64,000 bases of DNA. Source: Vicugna vicugna (lineage: Eukaryota). Shown here one piece after another: positions 1 through 12,507 of the stretch (within the stretch, counting starts at the first letter, position 1; each line of letters opens with the position of its first letter). The notes below the pieces were generated by a model. The model ran no database searches and was not told where the DNA came from. It saw nothing but the letters and a program-made list of their open reading frames with translations. The DNA is taken from assembly GCA_013265495.1 (NCBI GenBank), contig MU058065.1, forward strand, positions 5,058,976 to 5,122,975. Direction: 5' to 3'. The position numbers and the translations under genes are program-made.

Positions 1-715
1 AACATAATCAAGTACAATCTTTATATTCTCAGGCCACACCAGCCCGGGTGTAAAAATGAGGTCAGTATTTATCTCTCTCTGCTTTGACCTGTTCAAAAAG
101 GCCCTCCAGTCTCTTCATCCCGCCAAATTTTTCTGAGAGTCCTTGGAAGATATATAATGTGTGACATCAAACACAGCCCATTCTGCTAGAACACAGAATC
201 TACCCTTTTCCTCCTCCAGAGGAAATATCCGCCAACAGAGTCTCCGGACCCATCGTGCACAAGGGAAGTGCTCCTCGCTCCAGGAGTCCTGGGAAGGACC
301 ACAGTGCCCAAGTCATGCCTTAGCATCACATCACCTGTGCCAGTGCTGTCTTGACATGGTTTTGCGGCAATAATGGGATTTAATCTGACAGGCTAGGGCT
401 TTCCTAAGAGGGTGACATCGCTGCCCTTGCTGCTGGTACCAGCACGGTGGTCCTGGGTTCCTTCAGTGCCAAAGTCAGCAGTACCCCAGGTGCCACAGAC
501 ACCACGGCATTCAAGAGGCTAGCTGTGCCCTCTAACCTCTTTCTCTATCTTGGCATCAGTCACGGTTACATCAGAGGACTCCAAGCAGCACTTCCCTAGG
601 CCCCCCAGGTCTCAAGCCCCTTCTGCTTTTACCACATTTATCTCTCTCTGCAGGTCCTGAGCACAGAAACATGGCAAGAAGCAGCCTGCAGACAGTGTGA
701 ACTAGAGACACAACG

Positions 716-930
716 ATAAATTAGGACTATGGGATTAACAACAGATACAAACTATTGTACATAAAATAGATAAGCATAACACAGGGAACAGTATTCAATA
801 TCTTGTAATAACCTATAACGGAAAATAACCTGAAAAAATACATATTTATATGTTAACAGAATCACTTTGCTGTACACCTGAAACTAACAATGTTGTAAGT
901 CAACTATACTTCAATAAAAAAAATTTTTTA
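716..930 (+). mobile_element. 5'-truncated L1 3' end (laurasiatherian/cetartiodactyl type)
   Basis: Typical L1 3'UTR motifs (AATCACTTTGCTGTACACCTGAAACTAACAATGTTGTAAGTCAACTATACTTCAATAAAAA) and A-tail; possible degenerate TSD AGACACAACG (706-715) / AGTCACAATG (931-940). Confidence 0.85.
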
Positions 931-947
931 AGTCACAATGCTTTAAG

Positions 948-1070
948 CATTCGTCCATTTGTTCATCTGACACTTGTTAAGAGCCTGTTGTCTGCCTGGC
1001 CCAGTCCCAGGGCTGGATTCACAGCAGTGCATAGTATAAACCTTTGCATCCAGAGTATGTAATCTGGGGG
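948..1070 (-). mobile_element. L2 3' end fragment
   Basis: CATTCGTCCATTTGTTCATC...CACTTGTTAAGAGCCTG...GGGCTGGATTCACAGCAGTG resembles the reverse complement of the L2 3' end. Confidence 0.5.
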
Positions 1071-1139
1071 GAACTCGGGTAAACAGTGAAGGCAGTGTGA
1101 AGAAGGTTAGGATCAGGGGGGACCAGATTCATGGGAGAG

Positions 1140-1320
1140 CCCAGCACAGTGGCTAAGGGCAGGGTTCTGCAGGTAGACTAGGAGTTAACTCTGGCCCCAG
1201 CACTCACTAGCAATGTGACCCAAGTAACTTATTTAATCTTACAATACTCTGTTGTCCTCGTCTAAAAAAATTCTGTCAACAGTTGGGGGCTGTTGGAAGT
1301 ACTGAATACAGTAAACATGC
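1140..1320 (+). mobile_element. MIR SINE
   Basis: AGCACAGTGGCTAAGGGCAGGG...CACTCACTAGCAATGTGACCCAAGTAACTTATTTAATCT...CTCGTCTAAAAAA matches the MIR 5' and core pattern. Confidence 0.7.
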
Positions 1321-4300
1321 ATAGGAAGTAATCCTGAGTTTTTAACTTTGTTAAGTGACTTCAGCTAATCTGGGTTACTTAGAAATGTGTACAGTTTTAA
1401 TTGCCACTTTCAACATATTGACAAGTTATTAGTATTAGGGTATAATTTGCAACATTTGTCTGATTATCTTTAGTTTCTGGAAATCAGGAAAACAAAGTAT
1501 TATAAAATAAGAATGAAAAACCATGACCTGATTTGAGAGGTGAATATAAATTCAGAAAAGTTATTATTTAAAAAAGAAAAGATACATGCCTTTCAGGAAA
1601 GTTTAATGCAAAGAGAATCCAACCTCAGCCTGCTATAATTTCTAGGACAAAAAGGGACCTGATAGGTTTGAGATGGTGGGTGGAGAGTAATTCAACCATA
1701 ACTTTGGGTTGTTTTGTGTATATTAACACAATTATTTGATTGTCTGCTTTTCTGACCATTCAGACGGCTGTGGTGGTATTGAGTCAGTCTAAGTGTTCTA
1801 TGATGACAAAGTAGTTACAACTCCTACAACTGCAGAAATCTATGTTTTTTTACAGCAACTCATTTACTCTGCACTGATGATTTATTGCATTTGTGCACAC
1901 AGAAGTTTGCCCTGACAAGATGATGCTTACTAATTAACTTGCCAACATAGTTTTACGTAATGTAATCCAGCCATACTAAATTAAACACCCCACATTTAAT
2001 GAAAAGAAAGTGCTTAAACAGAGCTCCGGTCTGCAAAGCCATTTGGTGTGATGGTGAAACATCAGGAAACTGAAGCAGAAATGTGAAGCAGGAAGCCGAA
2101 ATCTAAAACAGTGCTCCAAATCCCAGAGAGGCAGCCCGTTTGAGCTGTGAAGATGTCCCACCCCAAACTGTAGTGTCCATGCATTACATAAAACTCAACG
2201 GTCTCCTGGGAACCCGGAGGGAAAGAAATGAACAAAATTTCGTATTCTTTCAGATGGCCTGCAAATTCATATATGAAATATTAGAGGAGATCGCTGGGGC
2301 GGGAGACATTTGACGTTCTGGGAGTGTTTCTATTTTGAGCCTCAGTTCTCAGAAGTGACATCACTGCTGGTATAACCTACCTTTACACGGGGAGCTGGGA
2401 GTTAGCATCTCAGCTCATGAGTGAAATTGTTTTTGTTTTGTTTGGAAAGAAAAATTGATTCACTTCTTGTCTTTCAAAATAATATTAGTGATATGCTCTC
2501 TTGAGGGGAACATTGCAGAACAGATCGTTTTTCTCCCTTTAATTAATTGCTGCTGAATTTTTTATTACTTAGGTAAGTTCCTTTATTTTTTCTAATGACA
2601 TTTGAGATTGAAAATAATCAAAGCACTGTCAGTACAAGGAACAAACAGTTGCGGTTCTGGCAGTCTAAAATAGTTCTGCCTGAAAATCTTCTTGTGGCTA
2701 AAAGACCTCCAGATAAAGACAAATTCTCCCCTCTTTTTCCCATGCCTGCACGCCCCATTCCCCGCGAACATCATCCCACCCTCCACGTACCCGTCCACCT
2801 TCCACAAGAAACAGCAGCATGGGTGGAAGATGATCTGCTGTCCCTTCCATTATTTAGCTCCTGTTTCACAAGGATTGGCCAGAGGTTAATGACCTATGCA
2901 AATTAGTTTGGGAAAAGGCAACAGATTCCATCTTCCTGTTAATGTCACTACATGTCTCCTTGAGAAGTTTTTCATGACTTGGGTCTCTCCCCTGACCTTA
3001 CTGACTTCTCTTGTCTTCTGCTGATTTGCATTTCTTCACATGTTGATCTGAAAATATGTTTTCTCTATTCATGGCCTCCAAAGCACTCTGCACACTCTTC
3101 AGAAGACCCCGTGTCCAGTAGCCTTTCTATAATGCCAACCAAGACACATCGACTCTTCTATTATATCATAACCACTGTTGAAGAAGTTTAAAATCTGGAA
3201 AGTGTGTGGTTAATTACATTCAATTCCTTCAAAAATGCTTTGATAATCAGAAAACAGCAAATAACAGGCAAACGGGTTTACTTCAGGAAATTTGAGACTT
3301 AACAAATATTAAGAGAATATCATTTTAAAGATGATGTATTTCCTTCCAGCCCTTATTTCTAAAAGAGGTGAACAGACAAATCACTTTGTCAAGTTCCAAC
3401 ACCAGTCAAATATAGCCCCATACAATGAGCAAGAATTGCAACAATTCTACACTTACATCTGGAAGAATTTTATATATTTAATATATTCAGTCTTTCCACT
3501 TAGAAATATGCGTCTAGGTTTAAAAGATTTTTCTAGGCATTAAAACAATTTTTTTTCTTGTGATTGGAATCTGATCTTTCCATTTTCTAAACTAATTACG
3601 CCTGGTGCATTGGAAAGCTTTTATGTTTTATATGCTATTAATTTCTTACTAAACTCTATAGTCCTAATAGCTTTCCATCAAGCACACATTTTTGTAAGAT
3701 GAGAACAAGAATCTCTCATGGAAACCTCCCCTTCCCCCCAAAAAAAGTAAGAGAAGACAGAGACAAAGCAAATATAATGCCAGAGATGACTGGAGAGCCT
3801 CCTGGTCTGTGTGTATATAGGTGGAGAGAAAGAACAGTTAAGTAATGTTTTTGACCCCCTGTTTCTGCATGTCTTCTGATGCCCATTTATATTGCAAGTG
3901 TGGGTCATATAATATGTTCTCAATGAATGTTTGTTAAGGGAGTAAGTATAGACTACAAACTAGAATTTGAATAAATGAGAAAAATTATATTGTATGCATG
4001 AAAGCACTAGTTTTACATTTATACAAAAGAGTGATGAAGAGGAAGACTTCCCCATAAAAGGCAAAGGCACGCTTAATTGATCAAACTAGGGCATTGATCT
4101 GTGACTTCCGTCTGGTGTAGTTGACACACTTAGGATTTTAGAAGGTGATATGCATCAATCCAGGACTCAAAAGCAAGACAAATTCACATTTTTGAATCAA
4201 GAAGTTCAACTCAAACAAATCTGCTAAAAATGTGTGTTCTGGGAGTGGGGGTTGCTAGGAAACAGGGTAAAGCTCTTTGCCATGGCCACAGCCGCAACGG

Positions 4301-5689
4301 GGCATTGGGGAGTGTCACTTAGATCACAGCGCACCCCCTTCTCGCCGGCATAAGGCTAATCAAACCGGCCTTTCTTAGATAGTTAAGACTGGTCTTTCAT
4401 TAACATAAAATAATATTCCTCTGTGTGAAGATTACTACTTCAATGGTGATAGGATCGTTTTCAGGTGCTTTAAAATAATAGATAAAGGTAGGTTGAAAAG
4501 GCGTCATTATTATCATCAATCAGGAATTCATGAAGCCACTCTGTTCTGATGCTTCTGCAGAAGTTGCAGCTCAGTGCAGTGAAGAGCCCTCCTAAAGGAC
4601 CCTCAGGCCAGGAATCCTTCTAAATATTTAGGACAGTAAAGAGCCATGAGAAAGTGAACACGTCTCAAAATTCAACCACAGCGTTTTGTTTCTTGGGAAA
4701 AGTTCTTAATTCTTAGGTTCATTAAGACTGCTCAATTGCGGGCAGTGTGTATGTGTGTGTACAAGCCTAAATAAAGAAAAGTCCCCACGAACTTGTCTCA
4801 GATACATCTGTGCATTAGTCCATGTGGGAAGCTTTCTTTACTTGGTAACAGAAGGAAGGAAAAAAAAGACATCATACTGACTTAAAAGTTTGGACTAATT
4901 TCTCACTGTGCCTGAGGAGTTTCCACGAGGTCTTCCAATCCGCAAAGGATTCGTGACTTTTCAGTGTGCCTGCGATTACACAGACAAATTACTTAAGAGC
5001 CCAAGGAGATTATCTCTAATTGGCATAAAAAGGATATGGCATTAAAAACAAAACTCTCTGAAACTCTGACAGTGTTTGGTGCCCGAAGGATGAGGCAGTT
5101 CCCGATGCAGAAACACCAGGGAAATAAACACATCGACGATGATGGAAGGTGGCCTTATGAGGTCTTATTTAGATTTGAGGAGGTTTATTTCTCTTGCATT
5201 GTTTCCCAGCGCCATGTCATACTTTCTGAATGAGGGCAAATGATAGACTCACTTTCGCAGCCCCTCGTCTTGCTGCTTGCCTTGGGTATAGCTAATTAAT
5301 TCTCATTGTTTTTGAAATACAAATACCTTCACTCATTAAAAGTCAGTATGGAATACTTGCTGTTCGGATAACGCTGAGACTAGAGACTGAGGACATTTTG
5401 GGGAGCAGTGGACGGAGCACAGAGATGAGGTTCACACTTAGCAGATAGGTAGGAATACGTAGCAATACATTTCACCAGCTGTTTAGTTAATCATTATAAT
5501 CACAAGACGCTGGATTTGGTGATGGACAGATAGCAGATTCCCTGCTCTTGATGGGTTTTAAAGCCCATGGCCAAAATAAGATAGATTTATCATAAAACTG
5601 AATAAAAAATGACATGGAAAAGGCAATAGAAAAATCCTGGGACCAAAATCAACTTTGTGTAAGAGACTGAAGATCATGCAAATGGAACT

Positions 5690-5790
5690 TTTTATTTTGT
5701 AGTTGAGGAAACTAAGGCCAAGAGGGATTAAGCATCTTGCCTGTGGCAAGTCTTGTCTGGCCCAGAACTCCGATCTTACGTTCTTACCAG
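5690..5790 (-). mobile_element. MIR fragment
   Basis: TTTTGTAGTTGAGGAAACTAAGGCCAAGAGGGATTAAGCATCTTGCC is the reverse MIR core. Confidence 0.65.
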
Positions 5791-6568
5791 GATATCACAT
5801 TGGCTTACAGGTCGTATTGTCAAATGATGAAGAAAAAGATTAGATTGTGAGTTTAGGAGAGAAATGTCTACGCAACCCAGTAGGGTGAAAAAGTTTTACT
5901 GAATAAATAAGTTAAATAAAAAAAAAGCAAGCAAGTAAACAACAACACAAACCAGGCCTTGAGGGAGAGGCACGATTTCAAAGGGCAAAAAGGAAGGGAA
6001 GAGCATGAGCACAGGCTAGATGGGGAGACAGAAGCATGATCAGGACACAGTGGGGTCTGAGCTGAAAGAACCTCTTCTCAGGGCAGAAAGACACAGCATT
6101 TTCCCTTTAGAATCCCCCCAAACAAACTTGGGTTTTGGAATTCTTTCCAGGGCTTAAGACTAACAATGGCCAATCAAACCAGTCCCCTTGTCAGCCTCTA
6201 AACACTCAGGTTCTTCCCTAAGTCCTTGCCTTTACTCATGCTGGTCTTTCCAGGACTCATCCTACCTGACTTTCAAGGTCAGATGGCAAGTCCGCTTCCT
6301 TTAGAATGTCCTTGATCCTTGGGATCATGTAAAGCTCTGGATTCTGAATTCTGTTGAGTACTGGCTGAAATACTGATAGAATTAATGTAGATTGTAAACT
6401 TTGAACAGAGAGGTATCATGCCTGTGTGCTCACAAAAACAGTTAGAATGTAATAGGCCCTTGATAATTGAGAGCCCAAATAATGAATGGGTGTCATTCTT
6501 CCAATGGACTGTGCACCTATCCTTAAGTCTTTGTCACTTAGGCACAGGTCTTCAGCTGAGCTGCAAAA

Positions 6569-6728
6569 ATGATGATGGTGACGATGATAATGATGATGAG
6601 GAGGATCATGGTGGTGATGCTGATGCTGATGGTGATGGTGGTGATTGATGGTGGTTATGATGGTGGTGGTGGTGATGATGGTGGTGGTGGTGATGGTGAT
6701 GATGGTGGTCGTGGTGATGATGATGATA
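6569..6728. repeat. Imperfect (GAT/GGT)n trinucleotide microsatellite
   Basis: Direct reading of about 160 bp of GAT/GGT triplets; explains the poly-His/Asp/Gly ORFs at 6416-6790. Confidence 0.95.
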
Positions 6729-6741
6729 ACATTAATGACAA

Positions 6742-6890
6742 AAGCAGCTAACATTTCTTGAGTACTTTCAATATGCCATACACTCTTCAAAGCACCAACA
6801 TGTGTTACTTATTTAACACCTGACACAATCTTAAGAGTTACATACTGTTAATTATCACTGTTTTACAGGAAAAGAAAATTTGGCACCAAA
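6742..6890 (-). mobile_element. MIR SINE (its 3' end abuts the GAT repeat)
   Basis: AGCAGCTAACATTTCTTGAGTACTT...TTATCACTGTTTTACAGGAAAAGAAAAT is the reverse MIR 3' half. Confidence 0.7.
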
Positions 6891-7568
6891 CGCTGATCAT
6901 AAAAAGAAAAAAAAAAGCTATGCAGAAAGTTCCCTTTCACAGCTGTAGCATATAGACTGATCTGTGTTTTAAACAGATTCAGATTTCCATAAGATAACTG
7001 TGGTTAAATGTTCCTTTCCTTATTTAAACTGCTATTCCATACTTACATTGTTTCTTCCACATGAAAGTCGGCAGGATACTTAAAAATTTTAACAATCTGT
7101 AAGGTCAGGATATCAGCCTTCTGTCAGCCCACAGATGTTAGACTATCATCTCTGTGAGGAAGTTGTTCTATCAGACTATCACTGTCTCATCCCTCACCAT
7201 CCGCCCCCTGCTCCCAAGTAAGAAGAGTGATGTATCTAATTGGATCTGAGCACGTGTGGCTTGGTGTCTTCCTCTTCCTTTTCATAACCTCTCGCCTGTA
7301 AGTTGCACACATTTTGCTCAGCTCTCAGCACCTAAGTTTAACATAGTGGTCCCAGCTGATGAGCTGGGGGAGAGCCTGCAGTTGGAGCCCTGCTTATGAC
7401 TGGGCGGGGAAACCTGTCTAAAATTGAAGTTCTGTATTAAGTAAGACACTGTTGCTGCATACCCCCAGCAAGATTTCAACAGCTCTACTGACATTTTGGT
7501 CCCTACGTGCCTGCTTCCTTGTCTAGCTCTCAGTGGTTCTGAAATCACAGCACACTGGTGCTACTTAC

Positions 7569-7608
7569 CGGGCTTCTCAAAGACTGCAGCATCAACCAAA
7601 AGATGCCT
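7569..7608 (-). other. Candidate 40-nt internal exon
   Basis: Minus strand: TTCTCTTCTATGTAG|AGGCATC...GAGAAGCCCG|GTAAGT. Consensus acceptor and donor; two of three frames open. No transcript evidence. Confidence 0.3.
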
Positions 7609-10485
7609 CTACATAGAAGAGAATTTGCGATAAGAATGCAAAGTCATACTTAAGTCCAAAGCTTGAATTCTTTGTTTAACATATATTTTTGCTAAGCCAT
7701 TTTGTATTTAATCTTTGCATCTCAGGAATGAGACTGTCATTGAATCTGTTACATCAAATGCTTTCATAAAAATGATGTCATTGAGGAAATATTTGGGACT
7801 CTCGGGCAGCACACCCACACCTGTTTGTACCACTTCTTTCTTTTCCAGAAAGATGCATATACTGCTAAGAAGATTAAACAAAGCAAACACTTTGCAGCAA
7901 TGTGAAAAGACAAACCTGGCACCAAAAAAAGAAAAACTCTTTCTCCCTTAAGGAAGAAATAATACCATTCTTAAGTGTTTCTGTATTACGAAACTTTCAG
8001 ATTCTTGGTTTCTTTACTAGAATCTATTACAGTATTACATAGCATAATAGTATATTATGTCAACCATACCTAGATCGCCACATTTGGGGGAAGGACTTAT
8101 TTTATTTTATTTTTTAAAAGAATGCTAATCCCTATTTCTTTCATTTAAGAGAGACATTAGCAAAATACAATAATGTTATGTTTGGGGATTCTTTTAACAT
8201 TTTAAGCCCCAGACTGGCAAGAACAAAGAATCACTTTGCTAACTAATGTATTAAATATGTTGTCTATTTATATAGTAATTGTTTGATGGAAAATTCATCT
8301 CTTTTGTTCCTTCTTATCTTTTCTTTCCTCTTGTCCATGCAGTGTATTTATGAATTATGCATGTGAACATAATTAAAAGTAACAATTGGTGAATTGTACT
8401 CCATGGACATTGTTCCACATTTCAAATCTTATTTAGACTGAACCAAATTTATGCAAAGAGAAGAGCTCATAATTAAATTCATAGCCATCCTTCCTGGGAA
8501 GGTTTCCTTTATGTAAAACGTGTTGTTTGCTAGAGGCTGTTTTTCGGACCAAAAGCTTTGCATAACAGCTTTTTTAAAAAATCAGTAGACAATTTAGCAG
8601 CAGCCCCCACCCCTCCCTACAAATGAAGATTTCCTATAACTGCTTATCCGTCTTCCTTTATCCTCGACAGCTTGGTGAGTCTGCAGACCATGTAGAACTG
8701 TTAAGAATCAGCGTCTACAGTAGTTCTGTTATTTGCAAACTAGGAACAGATACAATATGGCAAATGATGGAATGAGATCAATTCCTAAAAAGTTCTCCTT
8801 TGATTATTCTCAGGGGCTCTCTAGTAATTTTTCATCTTTTGTTTGCTTGTTTTTATGTTTTAAGCACAAGAATCCTGGAAAAAGAAAAAGACAGCTGAAA
8901 CACTTAGAAAGATATTGCTCTATCCACAGGGATATTCATTTTTGAAGAGGGGGAAAAAAAAGGATTACTGTAAACACCAGCCCAGCTCCAAACTTCTTTC
9001 TTCCCCATTCACACTTCTCAGAGTATTCTTTCTTTAGGAAAATACTTTTTATTAAATGATTCTATTTTTTAAGCTGTGATCCCGACGCCCCATCTCAGTG
9101 TCACGTGCACCCTTACAGAGCACCGTCTGCACTCCATCATCAAGCACAGCTTGGGATATTCTGTCCAGGACCTGTCCCCATATTTTACTAGCACGTATCT
9201 GAATAGTCTTTCTCTTTCCTGACCTGGGTCATTCCTAGCAATCTCTTTCTCTGCACTTATTTTCCTGAAACGAAAAGCCCTTCTGTAAAGATACCATGTG
9301 ATGAATTTGTGGTAAGGAATTGACCATTTCCCTTCACTGTCAACAATCATCGCTGATCCTAAGCCAATTTCTCTGCAATGTGACGATACCATGGGATGGA
9401 GAGACCCAAAGAAACCTCCGAATTGCTCTCAGACTCGAGACAGAATGTGACGCACCCGAGCCCGCTGTTTAAAATTGCAGTTGGATAGTCCCTCCTCCTC
9501 TTCCCTCGACTCTCCTCCCATGATTTGAAAAATGTCATGTTTAAAAGCTTTGGCTGGCCCACCGTGTCACTCACTTGATCCATCATCATCTTCTCAGCTC
9601 ATCTTTCTCTCTATTAAAAATTAGATATTTATATTTCTAGATGAAACAGGAGAAACCTGGGCCTGATAAATGACTTCCTGTCGTCATCATTGCCGGGCAG
9701 TCTATTATCGGATGGAGCTCAGCCACAATCTAGTGTTCTTGCCTTCTGTGATGCTGACTGGAAGCAATCACTCATAACCACATCCTGGAAAGTTTATTTT
9801 TAAGAATTAAGCTGTTAATTAAAGAGAAGAATAATGAAGACAGGAAGCATACATAGAAAGGTGGTGACAGACGTCACCAGCTGCAGGTGCTAAAGTCTGT
9901 GCAGAAGATACATGGATTCCCTTAAATTATCCCACATCTCTGAAGAGTTGAGTGAAGTCAGTTATGATAAATCTCAGGGGGAAGACTCAGTTGTTTGAAA
10001 TAAGCACTGCCCGCCTACTGACTACAGAACATCCTTGGCAATGGGGAAGGCGAAACTTGCCGAAGAACTTCTCACCAGAGGGTGGGATGTAGCCACATGG
10101 TGACCCATTGAAATGCACCAACTATTCAGGAGACGACCTTTGGAGCTACCTAGATGTGGTATTAAACACCCTGGCTCTCGTAATGAGGAAAGTATTATTC
10201 TTATTTTTAGTCTTTCTTCCTGTATTCAAGGGTAAGTCTCATCTGGTTTGAATATTTCTTTAACATCACCCATCGTGCACTCATCTTCCTTTTTTAACAA
10301 AGAAAGAGAACACTCTGAACCTTTTAATAGTACCTGGATAGAATTTAGGAATATTGGTTTACACTGCATTTGTTTTTGCAATTACCCTCTATTTGTGGTA
10401 AGCAAAGCTGGTATTTCATTTACGATGGTCTTATGAAGTTTCTTTTTAAAAATAAACTAGCTTAAGTTAAAAAAATAAAAGTCAA

Positions 10486-11710
10486 GACAAGACACAATAA
10501 ACCTCCTAGAAGAAAACATTGGCAAAACATAATTTCACATACATCTCAGCAATGTTCTCCTAGGGCAGTCTACCCAAGCAATAGAAATAAAAGCAAAAAT
10601 AGACAAATGGGACTTAATTAAACTTACAAGCTTTTGCACAGCAAAGGAAACCATGAGCAAAACAAAACAACAACCTACAGAATGGGAGAAAATATTTGCA
10701 AAAGATGAAACTGATAAGGACTTGATTTCCAGAATATATAAACAGTTCATATGACTTAGTAAGAAAAAAACAAACAACTCAATCCAAAAATGGGCAGAAG
10801 ACCTAAACAAGCAATTCTCCAAGGAAGTCATATGAATGACCAATAGGCACATGAAAAAATGCTCAATATCACTAATGATCAGAGAAATGCAAATCAAAAC
10901 TACAATGAGGTATCACCTCACACCAGTCAGAATGGCCATCATCAAAAGTCCACAAATGATTAATGCTGCAGAGGCTGTGGAGAAAAGGGAACCCTCCTAC
11001 ACTGCTGGTGGGAATGCAGTTTGGTGATGCCATTGTGGAAAACAGTATGGAGAGTCCTCAAAAGACTAAGAATAGACTTACCATATGACCCAACAGTCCC
11101 ACTCCTGGGCATATATCCAGAAAGAACCCTAATTCAAAAAGACACCTGCACCCCAATGTGCATAGCAGCACTATTTACAATAGCTAAGGCATGAAACAAC
11201 CTAAATGTCCATCAACAGATGACTGGATAAAGAAGATGGAATACTACTCAGCCATAAAAATGATAACATAATGCCATTTATAGCAACATGGATGTCCCTG
11301 GAGAATGTCATTCTAAGAGAAGTAAGCCAGAAGGAGAAAGAAAAATATCACATGATATCACTCATATGTGGAATCTAAAAAAAAAAGACAAGTGAACTTA
11401 TATATAAAACAGAAACAGACTCACAGACATAGAATACAGACTTGTGGTTGCCAGGGGGGAGCAGGGTGGGAGGGGATAAACTGGGAGTTCAAGATTTGCA
11501 GATACTGACTGGTATATATAAAATAGATAAACAAGTTTATATTGTATAGCACAGGGAAATATATTCAATATCTTGTAGTAGCTCACAGTGAAAAAGAATA
11601 TAAAAATCAATATATGCATATTCATGTATGACTGAAGAATTGTGCTGTACACCAGAAATTGACACAACATTGTAAACTGACGATAACTCAATAAAAAATA
11701 AAAATGTGGG
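10486..11710 (+). mobile_element. Young 5'-truncated L1 (ORF2 C-terminus plus 3'UTR), camelid-type
   Basis: ORF2 remnant ([33 protein letters not shown]); 3'UTR ending TGTACACCAGAAATTGACACAACATTGTAAACTGAC...AATAAAA; TSD-like AAAAAAATAAAAGTCAA (10469-10485) / AAAAAAAGAAAGTCAA (11711-11726) at a TT/AAAA site. Confidence 0.95.
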
Positions 11711-12339
11711 AAAAAAAGAAAGTCAATTTAAGTAAAATGTTTTGTAGGTAGTAGCAGACATGATATCCAGATATAACAAAGTAATTGAATAGGAAAAATC
11801 ATAGTACAAATATGTGGGAAAAATGTTACAATTTTGCACAAATAACTGAAGTTTAGGAAATGCCAGTTTAGCAAGGATTTGTGTCAAAAACCACACAAAG
11901 TACCTTAGTGTGTGGTGATAAAGAAATAAGAAAAAAGAGATACATAAATAAAATCAGTATTAAGCCCAAAAGAAAAAATTGCCTGATGTTTCAAAGGCTA
12001 TCTTTACAGTGTCTTTTAACATTTGTTATTAAAAACACATTAGTTTGCTTTATCCTAAACAAAAAAAGTGTTCAGCAAAATTAAGTGAAAAAGGAGTGAT
12101 TTGACTCTTGCCCCGCATACATTCCATTCAAAGTGACTCAGACTGAAACTTACAAAAATAAGTGTATTTTCGCTGGAAATGGAAGGTCAAAAGTCAGAGA
12201 CTGATTTTTAAGCTCACTGGACACTTGGTGGAGGGCTGTATAAAACTGTCTGATCCTCATAGACGTCTGTTCTTTTGCTTTGGAAGGCTCTGATTTGATA
12301 ATAGGATTTCCTCTTTCCTTTCGGAGCCGCCTCCAGCAC

Positions 12340-12415
12340 GAGGCTCTCCAGCCTCTGTGACCTCAGAGGTCATGTTAGAGGCTCTCCAGCCTCTGCGACC
12401 TCAGAGGTCATGTTC
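12340..12415. repeat. Two-copy 38-bp tandem duplication
   Basis: GAGGCTCTCCAGCCTCTGTGACCTCAGAGGTCATGTTA (12340-12377) then GAGGCTCTCCAGCCTCTGCGACCTCAGAGGTCATGTTC (12378-12415); 2 mismatches. Confidence 0.95.
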
Positions 12416-12419
12416 GTTG

Positions 12420-12507
12420 CCATATCTCCAGGGATTAATCCCATGTCTTGCCCATAGCCGGCACTCAGACTGAGCCAAGGAATGAATGAATGAATGAACA
12501 AATGAAC
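12420..12507 (+). mobile_element. L2 3' end with (GAAT)n tail
   Basis: TGCCCATAGCCGGCACTCAG...GAATGAATGAATGAATGAACAAATGAA is typical of the L2 terminus. Confidence 0.55.

Noticed and set aside
6416..6790. His/Thr-rich and Asp/Gly-rich ORFs
   Set aside because: Translations of the GAT/GGT microsatellite plus a MIR.
10535..11027. ORFs of 120 and 63 aa (likewise 17445-18021 and 41901-42268)
   Set aside because: Sense and antisense fragments of L1 ORF2 with stops and frameshifts; not host genes and not retrotransposition-competent.
12340..12415. CRISPR-like palindromic repeat
   Set aside because: Only two adjacent copies, no spacers, no cas genes, and mammalian context.
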